Below are positions 48,131 through 60,700 of a DNA stretch of 64,000 bases, one piece after another. Made by a program: the position numbers and the translations under genes. Position 1 is the first letter of the stretch. The number at the start of each line of letters is the position of its first letter. The notes beneath the pieces are model-generated. The model did no database searches. It saw only the letters and a program-made list of their open reading frames with translations, and was not told the origin of the DNA. This stretch comes from Vicugna vicugna (taxonomy: Eukaryota). The DNA lies in contig MU063444.1 of assembly GCA_013265495.1 (NCBI GenBank), forward strand, positions 880,195-944,194, in the 5' to 3' direction.

Positions 48131-49689
48131 AGATTATCTAGATTCAGCAGATCTCTGAGCCTTAGATTTTGTTGTCGTTGACGACCAATAGAGGTGATGA
48201 GAATTCAGGCTAAAACTTCAAGAAAGGTTTGTGGTTATGACTTGAGGTGATAATTTTTCAGAGGAGATTTTTAACATACCCATTTTCAAAGAAGATTCAT
48301 TCCATTCACCAAATGTTCCTTTGCTGCCCGCTTCTGCATGGTGGATTTATTTCTAGGTGACTCTTAACACTAAAACGTATAACCCTATGGTGTCCAAGCT
48401 TTATATGAAAGGTCTCTTATTAGATTTCCCCATGTTGGTGGGAGCCCTACCGTTTATTTCTCATGCCTTGCACCCAGCACAGTTATCAAAAGAGCAGTTT
48501 CGGATTGTCTGGATTCAGCTGAAATCCTCTGGGCAAAAAGCACCTCCATATTTGTTTACTTCCTTGAATTCTCATTTTTGCATAGTTTTTAGCTTTGAAG
48601 ATTTCTAATTTTCTTTACTGATTTTCAGGGAATTACAACTTAGGGTGTATATAATTCACCAGACTGCTGGAAATGGAAATCAGCCTGCACATGTTAGGTT
48701 ACGATAGGAACACAGTTGAGTGGTACCGTCCCTCTTGGACAGCCCTCAGACCCAGCCTGGCGTTTCTGACCCTCGCAGCAGCTGAAGCCCAAGAGCAGGT
48801 GGCTGAAATCAGTAGCTCCCTGCCAGTCCGAGAAGTCTGCACTTAACCCATCCCAAAGGCTTTGGACTCTCTCAAAATGTCAGGCACCTGCCTCTTGCAT
48901 GTGTTTTTCATTAACGTCTTAGTCAATTTACATTTAATTACTGAAAATGATGAACTTCAAGCTCATCTGTTTTCTGGGCCGGGAATCAACAATTCATCTC
49001 TCCAGTATTTAGTGCTCTGTGTACTTTTCCTGTGATCATTAGGCTTCATACGATGTGGGAATTCTATCATCCTAATTAGCGCCTAGTCACCAGCTTATTT
49101 AAAGGATTAATCTTATTGCCAATGACAGTGGCTGGGGGAAAACAAAAACAATGAGTTTTCACCCTGCTTCTTACATGGCCCCTTGCAGTGTGGCCACCTA
49201 ATCAGAAAGGGAGATGATGTGTGTGTAATAGGTGCCGTCTTCATCCTGACTCTGGGGAAATCAGTGGTGTCTCTTGAGCAGATAAATTGGGGGAAATGGT
49301 TCCATAACTCTTTCTACAGTAAGATACTTAATAAAATAAAAATCATATTAAAATCAAAGTTTCTGTCTGTAAAAGTAGTCCAGAATAATACTGGGTCATT
49401 TTGAGTGAGGAACCCAATTTGGAGAAGCCAAGCATTATCTTAACCTGTAATAGCTGTTGAACAGACGTTTGACTGATGCCAAGATTAGAAAACCAAATCT
49501 CTTGGTAGCTCATTCAGGAGCTGATAGGGATTCAGTCATTCCTTTGACACCCATTTAATGAGTGGCCACTGTGTGGTAGGCACTGTGTTCCAGCATTAGG
49601 GGTCCAGAAATGACCAGAATTGGACACCAGCTCTTTTTTTTTCTACTGAATTTTTAATATAGCTTAAATTTAGCCACTTTCAGAAGTGG

Positions 49690-49820
49690 AGGGGAGGATA
49701 TAGCTAGCTCAGTGGGAGAGCATAGGCCTAGCAATGTAGGAAGGTCCTGGGTTCAATCCCCAGGCCCTCCATTAAGTAAATAAATAAATAAATCTAATTA
49801 CCTCCCCACAAAGCAACAAA
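49690..49820 (+). mobile_element. Vic-1-type SINE, long tail (first of tandem pair)
   Basis: ggggaggatatagctagctcagtgggagag...ggtcctgggttcaatccccagg...taaataaataaatctaattacctcccc. Confidence 0.9.
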
Positions 49821-49836
49821 AAAAGTGGTTAGTGTT

Positions 49837-50009
49837 GGGGAGGGTATAGCTCAGTGGTAGAGTGTGTGCTGAGTGTGTGCTTAGTGTGCATGAGGTCCTG
49901 GGTTCAATCCCCAGTCCCTCCATTAAATAAATTAATAAAGAAATTAATTAATTACCTCTCCCCTCAAAAAAAAACCTAAATAAATAAAAACAAAATATTA
50001 AAAAATAAA
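49837..50009 (+). mobile_element. Vic-1-type SINE, long tail (second of tandem pair), with 11-bp internal duplication
   Basis: ggggagggtatagctcagtggtag AGTGTGTGCTG AGTGTGTGCTT agtgtgcatgaggtcctgggttcaatccccag. Confidence 0.92.
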
Positions 50010-50879
50010 AGAAGTGGCTACCAACTGAATAGTACAGTTCTAATGTGTCATAGGTCAAAACCAGTGGTTTCTGTGAGGGACTTCTTTAATTACTGCTGAA
50101 GGGTAGTTGGGTAGCTGTTAGTAGAAAGAGAAGAAAGCTCTTAACAGATCTATGCAGTCACTGACACAAGACCTTAACTTCCCCACAGCTCCCAGAGCGG
50201 TAGGTAGCACAACCTGTGTGAGGGGTCTGAGGGAGATTCCTGGGGAGACCTGAGTGTGCCCTGCCAGCTCCTGGCTAATGCCAGTGCGAGTAAAAGGCCT
50301 AGGATTTTGGCCACTCAGCTGGGAAGAGGGCTGTGGTTCCACTCACAGAGTCTGAGGCTGGGGCCATGCCTGAGGCATCTGTGCATGGAAACCATTGCGG
50401 TGGGGCTGGCGGGGAGCTGGAGGTGGGCTCGCTTCCTGACAGGGCTTCCAGAGCCAGAGGAGGGGTTAGAGGTGGAAGGAGGACCTGAGGGCCCTTTCTG
50501 GCCACCTGCAGGCTGAATAGGCCCTTTCGTTTGTGGGGATTAAGGTCTTGTTCTTGCTCTTGCACACTCTGCAGGGATCCAGCTTGTTCACAAAGGAGCT
50601 TGTCTTTTCCTTGAGTAGGTGGGTGATGTTAGGAATTTAGGAATATGTAGAGCCATACAGTTTGAAATGATGCAAAGTCTGGGGAGGTGTGAGGGTGTAT
50701 TCCCCTGATTGTGTTTATTGAAGAGGTAAAAATTATCCCCTCTCACCTTGCTTCCAAGGATTCACCAGAAAGGGATTAAAAACTGCTTAAAGCACTTTAG
50801 GAATTTACTTAGACCTCTTCCAGTTTAAGTCAGTAAGATCTTACTTCCCCCCCCCCCAAAAAAAAAGATTCTCCCTTCC

Positions 50880-51495
50880 TGAATCCCCTATGGCTAAAAA
50901 TAAGAGAAGAGTAATGTCTATAGCAAAGTAGAACAAAAATGGAACTTCTGCTACACAGTGGGACTGGGGCAAGGGCCATCTCTGGTGTCTTTGTGAGAGT
51001 GTGTATGTCCAGAAACACATGCACACAGATACCTATGGCAGCTTTATTTGGAATGCCTCAAAAGTGGAAACCACCCAAAAGTCTATCAGCAGAGAATGAG
51101 TATATAAATTGTGGTGTAGGCATATGATGAAATACTATACAGCAGTGAAAAAGGAGAAACTGTAGATATATGCAACACCATGAATGAACAGGTGTGATGT
51201 TGAGCCAAAGAAAACAGATACAGATGGCACATACTGTGTGGTTCCATTTATGTTGAGTTCCAAAATGGTCATGCTGATTTACGATGAGAGAAATCAGAAT
51301 AGTGATTGCTCTTGTGGGTAGAAGGGGTTCCTGAATGGAAAGGGATCCAGGGAGCCTACTGGAATGATCAGAATATTCTATACCTTGACTAAGTGGTGGC
51401 CTTATGTGTGTACACCTATGTAAACATTCACTGAGTGTGACACTTCAGTGCACTTTACTACAGGTGAGCATTTCTGCCGTAAAATAACTTTTTTA
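50880..51495 (+). mobile_element. Ancient L1 (L1MC/MD/ME-like) 3' end
   Basis: ggcagctttatttggaatgcctcaaaagtggaaaccaccc...aatactatacagcagtgaaaaagg...catactgtgtggttccattta. Confidence 0.85.
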
Positions 51496-51509
51496 AATTT
51501 CTTGGCACA

Positions 51510-51660
51510 TTTACACTGGCTCTGCCACTTAACAGCTGTGTGGCTACTGGCCAGTTGCTAAGCATCTTTGAGCATCATTTTCCTCATCTGAAAGATGGGC
51601 ATGAATGACAGTGGGCTTAGAAGGTTGCTAAAGAATTAGAGAAAGGATGAAATGTGCCCC
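51510..51660 (+). mobile_element. MIR
   Basis: ctggctctgccacttaacagctgtgtgg...ttttcctcatctgaaagatggg. Confidence 0.75.
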
Positions 51661-52079
51661 CGTGGTGTCTGTCCCAAGGTTAGGAGGCTCCGGTGATGAG
51701 AACTTTAATTTCTTTTACTGTAATGGTGTGCAGTCTCCCAGCCCCTGGCTCTGATGGCTCTGGCTCTGACGACACAGCTGGGAAGCCATGCTGAGTCCCT
51801 GCAGGTGGGCCAGAGGATGCACCTCCTGTGACAAGGACATCACTTCTAATCACACTCAGAAAAGTCCTCCAGCTGTGTTTCTTATTGCAGTAGAGGATTT
51901 TCTAAGCATAAGTGGAGAAAATTAGGAGCTGCTGGATAAGACTTGTAGGTTGTACTCGAGGGAAGTAGAAACCAAATAAATTCACTGGCTGATTTTGAGG
52001 AGAAAAGGTCATTCTCTGAGAATAATGCTAGAATATGTCCTTGTAACCCCCTTGAAAAATAAACCCACAACTTGGAAAA

Positions 52080-52270
52080 CCAAATACATTTAGATCCAGG
52101 CCAAGATTCATAATAATTAAACTTTTAAAAGCTAAAGAACAAAATAAAAAATCTTGAAAGTAGCCAGACGTCAACAGTCTGTTTCTTATAGGGGAAGATC
52201 AACTCAGACGACAGCTGATTTCTCAGCTCAAACTATGGAGGCCAGAAAAAAATGTTTTTAAATAAAAAAA
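52080..52270 (+). mobile_element. L1 ORF1 relic
   Basis: ccaagattcataataattaaacttttaaaagctaaag...atcttgaaagtagccaga...acagctgatttctcagctcaaactatggaggccaga (ADFS..TMEAR motif). Confidence 0.75.
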
Positions 52271-53219
52271 GGTCCAGTCAAACTAGGGTGTTCCAGAGTA
52301 ACCCAGAAGAAATGGAGATGGTTTCCTAGTGACCCGAACTACTCTTAACTTAGGTGCCACCTTAAGACAAAGTTAAAGAGCTCGCTTTTCGCAGCGTGGA
52401 GGCTGTCTTTCGGGGGATGAGAACTTTGCGGCAGTAGGGATCTCAGTTCTAGCAGGCCCGCCCCAGCACAGAAGGAGGCCATAGCTCAGCCTGCAGCAAG
52501 GTCCCGCTCCCGGGGGGCTGGGACAGGAGAAGGAGCTGCAGGGCCCACCGAGAGGGTCTCTAGGGCTAGGCCCGGGACATGGCAGTGGGAAGTGGCTCCT
52601 CTGGCCTGCCTTATACTCAGGACCTCTCATGTTGTGGAAAGAACGCAGCCCTCATATGGAAACGTCATATGGAAACCCTGGCTTGGCCCCTTTCTAGCTC
52701 TGTTCCCCCGCCTACTACTATCCATCCAATGGAGCTGATGCTGGTTGGGGGAGGTGCCGGGAGTAATAAACGAGGCAGCCCAGTACCTACTGCTGTGGAC
52801 CTCCAGTGAACGTTCCCAAGGCCAGGTTCAGAGAAGTGAGGTGGACAGCTGTGGCCCCTGGGAGCCTCAATCCGGAAGGAAGAATGTAGCAGCAAGAGAC
52901 AATCAGGGTGGGCATTGAAGCCATCTGGCATTCAGAGCTCTAGGATGGGGACAGGGGAAGCCAGCCCCATGCCCCGAGCCCAGGAGGAAAACTGGGGGCC
53001 GTTATGGAATTCATAAGATGTCCCAAGGTGTGATCAACAAAGTCCCCTTGTGTCACTGCTACATAGATGAAAACAACCACAGAGACTCATGCTGGACCTG
53101 AACAGAGACATGACCGTGGGGCGAGGGGCCACAGGGGGTTAGCAGGGCAAGTGACCGAGTGAGGTGATGTGTCCGAGTTGGCTTGGGTTCTGATGCTGGC
53201 CCCGTGGGCAGGATCCAAA

Positions 53220-53370
53220 GTCTGGCTTTCCTCCTGGGTCAGATGAGTGTAATAACAGCTCCAGCCTCACAGCACTGTGGACAAGATCCAATGAGAGGCG
53301 TCTGCCAGGGCTCAGCCCAGCAGCTGGCCCGTGGTAAGTACCAATAGATGCTTTGTTATTGTCGCTATCA
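53220..53370 (+). mobile_element. MIR 3' half
   Basis: cctcacagcactgtggacaagatccaatgag...ctggcccgtggtaagtaccaatagatgctttgttattg. Confidence 0.55.
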
Positions 53371-53542
53371 CTGGGGAGTGAGCCAGGCAAGCAGACCATA
53401 GAACCAACAGTACAGACTGAAACGTCTGCTTCAAGAAAGGAGGGCGTCACGACACACCAGATTTTACTTCTGTTGCAGAGAGCCTTTGTCCAGCATGAAT
53501 ATGGCAAGCTAAAAAGCCAAGGTGAGAAGGCTGGTGTGGGGT

Positions 53543-53754
53543 CAGTGGTTTCCTAGTAAATTTTTGACGACCAGCTCTCCGGGGATAAAGAAAAGCTTGA
53601 TTTGCAGCATTTGCCAATTTCCACGATGTAAATGTTCCCACCATATTTGTTTTCGAGCTACCAATACGTGTTATCTCTGAATGCTGAGTTGGGGAGAGGT
53701 GCTCACAGTCAGCTGCCTGCAGCGGGAACAAGTCTCCACTCCAGCAGAACACTG
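53543..53754 (+). mobile_element. MER63A-like hAT-Blackjack MITE, near full length
   Basis: Terminal repeats cagtggtttcctag ... ccagcagaacactg; internal gcatttgccaatttccacgatgtaaat...ttcgagctaccaa. Confidence 0.6.
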
Positions 53755-54059
53755 ACTGGAGTGGAGAAGGGTGTCTCCAGGAACAAGAGGAAGAGGCCCC
53801 CACCCTGTGGGAGCTCAGAGTCTGATCTGGAAGATGGGAAAGTCCCAACTGTAGCCATGTGGAGTTTGTATCCAGCACCCAGAGGCAGTGCCGAGGCCCT
53901 GGGGTGTAAGCCAGGGGACCTGAGAGCGTCCTGCAGCCAGAGCCTGTTTTGCACCAGTGGGTAGACCGGGCTAGGGCTGGGCAGGAGCGCGGGGCCCTGC
54001 TCCACATCGCCTGCTCGTACCTATTGCATTTATCTTGAGGACAAAGGACAGCTATCAGC

Positions 54060-54260
54060 TGCAGAGGTGTGATGTACTCAGAATCATGTTTTAGGAGGAT
54101 GCCTCTGGATGCTGTGTGAAGAAGGTGCAACCGGAGTCAGGGAGACAGGATGGAGACCTCTGCAGTCATCTGTGGCAGGGGCGGGGGCCTGGACTCAGTG
54201 GTGGCCATGGGGATGGAAAGACACAGATAGACCTAAGAGAGGAGTTAGTTAGGAGTGATG
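54060..54260 (-). mobile_element. L2 relic
   Basis: gttttaggaggatgcctctggatgctgtgtg...ggcctggactcagtggtggccatggggatggaaag. Confidence 0.7.
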
Positions 54261-57128
54261 CTGTCAGCTGAATCGATGCTGGTGTCATTCCCAGGTAGAC
54301 CTCCAGGGGGAGCAACAGGGGCCGTCAGCATCTTAATGCCTGAACACAAAACTGAAGTCTAGGGCATTAATAAGAATGCAACCGGACCTTATCATATTTA
54401 AGAAGCATTTTTGTTTGCATTATGTGGCTTTAACCTCTCAGCCGTCAGTGAGGTATGTGGACCCATTCCAATTTTGTAGCTGAAGAAGTTGATGCTTGCC
54501 AGGTTGTTATAACATCGTCCTTTTGTGTTGGGAGCCCTCAAACATCATCTTTGAGCTTAGTAGCTTTCCATGCAGGTTCTTAAAACTCCGAGATGTTCTC
54601 CTGGGCCTGAGACTGGGATGTATTCACAAAATAGGGAAATTTTGGTCCTAGACATGGTTGGAGTATGCCAAAATGCTGAAAGTGGTTATTAGACTTGTCT
54701 GTAGCTTAAAAAAAAATCAGTCCTAACAAGAGCCAAAAACAAGCAAACCAAACTAAAAGGGGTCATGAGACTTAGAATTTTTACGCAGTTCTTGGAAATG
54801 TAACCATCATCACGAAGCTTTTATACATTAGTTCCGAGGGAAACGCCTCTCTGTTGGATGTTTCTGAGCTTGCTGTATCGCAAAGGCCTTGGCACTGTTT
54901 ACGCAGAATTGCATTTGCTTCCCTAAAGACCACTTTCTGTCGGTTTCTGTTTTCTTGTTTAAAATTATAGGCAGGGTCTTCAGGCCAAGGTCTGTGTGGA
55001 TGTGTGAGAGCCTGTGAGTCCGCTTCAGTGGGACAAGGTCAAGGAAAGTCACTTCTGATATACCACGTGCGCCTCTGACAATAACGTAAGAGTGCTCCTC
55101 TCCATCCTTTTATTTTTGACCTTGGGACGATGTCTCTCAAGGGTTTCCTAATAAGTACCTAGTATGGTGTTACCGGATGCTGAAAAGCATGCCAGGAAAT
55201 CTTGTTGTGTTCAAAATCTCATCAAGGAAAATCAATATACTCAGCTTTATGTCTGATCAGGCTATTTTCTAGTGTGGTAAACTTTGAGACCTTGTACAAA
55301 ATCCCTGACATTTCTGGGCCCCTCCTGAGAGGTAGACGGTGATTAGGGACCCTGTGACACATTCCTCAGAGTGTCTGGGGGCTGGCCAGTGAGGAGCTGG
55401 CCCAATGCGCTGGCTGAAATTTGCCAATGTTGTGAAAGGCAGCATTTGTGAGTTGTGTTCAGGAGGCACCAGGCACTTGTACTTAGAGGGCAGTGTGACT
55501 TCCCAGGACAGTTGGGGAAAAAGAGGAATCTGTTTTGAATATGACAAGCTCCCACCTGGTGTGGAGCGTGAGGCTGAAGCCGTGCAGAGAGCCTGTTCCC
55601 CGTGCAGACCAGCTGGACTTGGTCCTGTCACCATTTCTGCTGAAGGATGGTTTCTAGTCTCCAAGAGCAAGTCAACTATAAGCATTGTAGGATAGGGTTT
55701 CAATTCTAGAAAATGAAAATCTAGCTCAGCTGACCAGCTTCATTCATTTTTAACTCACCATCTATCAAACCTGCTGGCTGATGCATTTCCCTGCCCAGGG
55801 CTGTTTCAGAAATGTCTTCCAGAAATACGAGGCCACGAGGTGATGGCTGACGTGGCCCACGTACCCTGGAGTGGCGGTGGCCCACCTCCACTGCTGGAGG
55901 CCTCCTGTCTGGACGTCTGTTGAGGACGTGCTGGGCTGAGTTGTATTCTAGTGTGGTGGGCTGCGGAGGCTGAAGCAGGTGCCACATCAGTGCTCAGAAG
56001 CTCGGGTGGAGCGGAGCTGAGCCTTCTGGAAGCACTGAAGAGGATTCTTCTTTTTTCTTTCAGTCGTGGTGTCTCAGGTGTGAACTGCAGGTCAGCTAGT
56101 GTATGTGGCACCTGCCCCTGGAGACTGGCGGCCCCTAGCAGGAAGCAGGCCTCTGCCTGCTGGGGAGCTGATCCAGCCAGTGGTCCCCACAGTGTTCCCC
56201 TCTCCTGTGTGGTTCTGGACCCTTCGTTCAGGTCTCAGTGAGGCCCTCTGGCCTGGTCTCCTGGGGAGTCTCCCCATTTGGGCCAGTGAAGGGGGCAGCC
56301 CTAACGGGGAGACCAGGTAGAGTGGGGTATGGCTGTTGGGGTGAGACCACCGAGTTTAGACTTCCCAATCCAGATACTCCATCCTGGTTTAAAAAAAAAA
56401 AGTGATGCCAGCCACTTTTTAAAAATTAAAGAATGTGATCTTTCTCCACAAACACAGTTTTAATGGCCATGTGACAAGCCAAGGACAACCCAGACCTCCC
56501 CACAGTCGATTTAAATCACTAGGCACATATTTTAGCCGACAATCGCTAAGTAGATCCTTGGTGAACTTGTATTTTATCTGAAATAATAGACAAGGATGGT
56601 TTAATGAGTATTAGCACCATGGCACGGGGCATTTTGCTGTCATTTCTAATTCTCACATCTAATAGCATGCTTGATCTACAAATTAGACCTCAGGATTCTT
56701 GTCTGAGCGGCATCAGGGCCCTGGGGGTGGGGTGGGGGGAATTCAAACAAGATAAAGGCTCTGCCTGGATTGTTGCTCTTCTTCCCGGAAGGAAGGTTTC
56801 GTGCTAACGTTGCCCAGAGAAGTCTGCCCCTTCCACTCGCTGCCTGGTAACGGTGCCAAGGATTGGACTTGCCTGGGAGGAGATGACATTGCAAAGAGAC
56901 CCGTTAAAATGCATTTCAGAAGCTATAAATGGCTCGTCTGAGGCTCTGTTAAGCCTGGAAGTGGACCCTGTTCTTGCAGCGTCTTTTGTGCCCTGCATGT
57001 TTATGTTCCCTTTCCCCGACCTGCTAGTCTGTGCTGGTTCTGAGGACATGGCCACTGCCACTGTGGGACTGCAAAGGGGCAATTTCTTGGGGCTTGAGGG
57101 TTTGAAACTGCCAGTTACTCTTTTGCCA

Positions 57129-57565
57129 TTTTTATTTATTTATTTTTATTGAACTGTAATTGATTTACAATATTGTGTTAGTTTCAGATGTACAGCAAAG
57201 TGATTCAGTTATAGATATACACATTTTCAGATTCTTTTCCATTAAAGGTTATTACAAGATACTGAATATAGTTCCCTGTGCTGTATAGCAGGTCCTCGTG
57301 GTTTATCTCTTTTGTGTTGTTTATCTCTAGTAATATGTATCTGCTGATCCCAAGTTCCTAATTTATCCCCCACCCCCTGCTTTCCACTTTGGTAGCCATA
57401 AGTTTGTTTTCTGTGTCTGTGAGTCTGTTTCTGTTTTGTAAATAAATCCATTTGTATTATTTTTTAGATTCCACATATGAGTGATACACGGTATTTGTCT
57501 TTCTCTGTCTGACTTACTTCACTTAGTATGATCATCTCTAGGTCCATCCATGTTGCTGCAAATGG
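57129..57565 (-). mobile_element. 5'-truncated L1 3' end (L1MA9/cetartiodactyl type)
   Basis: (TTTA)n tail, ttagtttcagatgtacagcaaagtgattcag...tagattccacatatgagtgata...ggtccatccatgttgctgcaaatgg. Confidence 0.9.
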
Positions 57566-57704
57566 AAATGGCCACTAATTCTTAACTCAGAAACCCTGCC
57601 TGGGGTCTTTGCTGCCTGTTCATGGTCAGCACCCCAAAGATGTCCTCCCCCCAAGATGCTCTGCACCCCTCCTGGGCTCTCTGTCCATCTCCCCTTGATC
57701 ACAG

Positions 57705-57705
<1 letters not shown>

Positions 57706-57740
<35 letters not shown>
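57706..57740. repeat. (CA)17 microsatellite
   Basis: Directly visible. Confidence 0.95.
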
Positions 57741-57742
<2 letters not shown>

Positions 57743-59049
57743 CAGCCCTTTGGACAACACCTGCGACCCCTGAGCCTTTGAAGCTTGGCCTCCATGGGTT
57801 TTCTCAGGTCTTTTCACCTCTGGATACACCCCCAGATGCCTGTCAAATCCTAAAAGGATTCCAACTTCGAAGACTGGACTCACATTCTTGTGGCATGCCT
57901 CAGATAAGAGAACTGTGGTCAGAGAAGGGAAGTGATCTGCGCCTGGTCACACAGCCACTGTGTGGCAGAGATGGCAGGGACTTTGTGTCAGTGCATCTAG
58001 GACTAGGTCTGTGTTCATTGTTTGCTGCAGCTGCAAGTGTGAGAGGCTTCGGCTCCTTGATTGTCCATGTTTTTGTCTCCCTCATTGTCTTTGGCTTCCC
58101 TAAGATACCTTCCTTAGCTAAAGTCTGTCTTTTATTCCTTGAGCCACAGTGCACTGGCCTCCTGTTGATGTGCTGGAAGGGAAGGAGGGGAGGAAGCATT
58201 CCACAATATTATGATTGAATCCCTTTTAGTGGGCCTTGCACCTGGGCTAAACCCGGCTCTCTGACCTCTAGGCTAGGATTTTTCCATGTGTCTCTTCTGA
58301 CTTAAAGTGCATCTCCCAGGCCTGAATCCTCGCCAGGTAATAAGGGAGCTGCGGTGAGGATGAAGTCATGTTTAGCACATGACAAAGGTGGCATGATAGA
58401 GCAATGGGGAGTTAATGATTTTGAGTCCCTAAGTTTGGCTCAACCTCCAACAAAACCCTAAGGGACCAAAGAAATAAAAGATTGTTTTTAGTGGGTCTGG
58501 CCACAGGGGTGACCATCCCAGGCCAGCGTTTCTGCGTGATTTCATGCCAAGGACTGAATAGATGGGTGCTGGACGAGCCTCAGGGGAACTGCTGAGAGAG
58601 CACCCTGGGAAATGGGGTTCAGCCCAGCAGCTTCTCCCAGAGCCTGCATCTCAGAGCAGAAGGGCTGAGGGCACAGGCAAGGATGAAGCATCGGGTAAAG
58701 ACATTGACATCTTTGAAATGATAAAAACCTTCTTTGCCAGGCACAGTGACAACTGTGAGAAAAACCTGGCCACTCTGAGAGGCAGCATCTGTGCAGCGTG
58801 GCAGAGCTCCCAGTGCACTGTTTGGGTGAAGCAGACACTCCAGCCATCGTCCTGACGCCTCACTTTCTGCATCCCCGGGGCTTGGGATCAGTGGCCCCGC
58901 CAGCACCCAGGAAAATAGGCTCATCGGTTGCCATGGAAGCATCCAGCTTCTGCAGAGGCTGGGCCTTGAATCACTGCCTTTGCAAACGGATCCTACTACC
59001 AACAGCAACAAAATAAACCCTGTGGCAAAGGAAAATTCCTTTTCTGTAG

Positions 59050-59290
59050 AATAGCTAACATTATTGAGAGCTTCTTCTGTTTTTATTCTGAATTACTGTT
59101 CCAAACACTCAGTTACCCTCACAACTCCATAAAGCCAGATATAATGCACCCATTTTACAGATGTGGAAACTAAGGAAAGTGAGGTCAAGGAACGTGCCCC
59201 AGGTCTCACAGCTAGAAAGAGTGGGAGTCAGAATTTACACCTGACAGGCTGGCTCCAGAATGGGTACTTTTGCCCTCTGTTGTGATGCCC
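59050..59290 (-). mobile_element. Near full-length MIR
   Basis: aatagctaacattattgagagc...cccattttacagatgtggaaactaagg...cacagctagaaagagtgggagtcagaattt...ctggctccaga. Confidence 0.85.
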
Positions 59291-60666
59291 TCCAGAACTC
59301 CAAAATCTGCAGACTTTCCAGAAGCTGAGTTCTGGGGTGCTGAGTTGAATCCTGGTTCAGTGGTTTCAGTTTTGGTGAGCATTTTGTTAAAGACCCCTCT
59401 CAAAGCAGTGTATGTAGTTTATTCAAGGCTTCTCTCGAGAGATATTTTTGGCTTCTTATACAGATGGGGTAGATCTTTCTGTTCAAAGCACTGAAGTCCA
59501 CCGTGGTGGATAAATAAAATACCCCCCACCCCCGACCACCTCCACACAAGATCTCTGGGCAGGCTCCCACTCTGGAGGCGGGGACTGGTAGCAGATGCAC
59601 ATGATTCCCATTCCTGAAAGACGTGTCCCCCAGCGGGGCGCCCAGAGCTGCTCTGTAGGAAGAAAAAATCTGCAGAGGCCTGGGGACACTCCTGCGCACA
59701 CTGGGACAGGGGAAACAGGGTTTGTGCTCCACTACCGACAGCATGGACAACGGGGGTGGTGCAGACCTTGGCGTGGATGAGCTCGGTGACTCACCGAGAA
59801 CAGAAATGGTACCAGAGGGACTTAGCCCGAAGACTGTGGAGAATCTCGATGTTCCTCACCTGCTCTCATCTGTCCACGCAGCCCTGTGGTCTCTGACCTG
59901 GGCTCATTTCTGTGCTCCCTCCTCAGTCGGATTCCCTAGCACTTCCACCCTGCAGATGACAAGTCTTAATAGCTTGGCAGGTTGGATGGCTCGTATTTGA
60001 ACCACTCCACAACTTCAGCTTACTTTTCAAGTCAAGGAACAACAGCAGCCTTTTGTTTTGGGGGGTTTTTTTGTTTGTTTTTGAGGGTTTTTTTTTTTTG
60101 AGATTTCCATCTGAGCAGATGTGCATTAACTTCGTGTTTGATTTGCAGAATATGAATGTGTTCCCATTTTTGTCAGTGGCCATTGATTTTTGCATGAGAA
60201 AGTGGGTGAGGTCTGCCCATTACAAGATTTGTATTGATATCCTGCATCTTGAAGAGAACCCATTTCTGATGCAGTCCATTCCGTGAAAATGTAAGCAGAA
60301 TTTTGCACACATGCATTTGTCTGGAAGAAAGGGACCCATCCGCAGAGGATGCAGTTAGTTGGCAGTGGGCAAAAAAGAATCAATTTCTTCCTTTCCTCCT
60401 TAGCACCCTCAGTTTATCCATAGGCTTTTTTTCTAAGTAGGTGCTTCATAAACAGTGGTGCACTGTAAGCAGAGCGCCCTGGGTCCTCATGAATATTCTG
60501 AAGCGTGCATACATACTGACACACAGATGGGAGCTGTTGTGATGACTTGCAGAATGTTCTGCCTGCCATTTCGCAATACAGGGATAAGCACATCCTTCAA
60601 AATCTTTCCTAGATCCTGTAGAGAGAAGCTTCCCCAGTTCTTCCCCATCAAATGTTCTGCTGCCTT

Positions 60667-60668
<2 letters not shown>

Positions 60669-60698
<30 letters not shown>
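60669..60698. repeat. (TG)15 microsatellite
   Basis: Directly visible. Confidence 0.95.

Positions 60699-60700
<2 letters not shown>

Noticed and set aside
53447-54130. 227-aa minus-strand ORF
   Set aside because: Spans an L2 relic and a MER63-like MITE; no protein features.
57622-58218. 198-aa ORF with an HTHTHT run
   Set aside because: The His-Thr repeat is the (CA)17 microsatellite.
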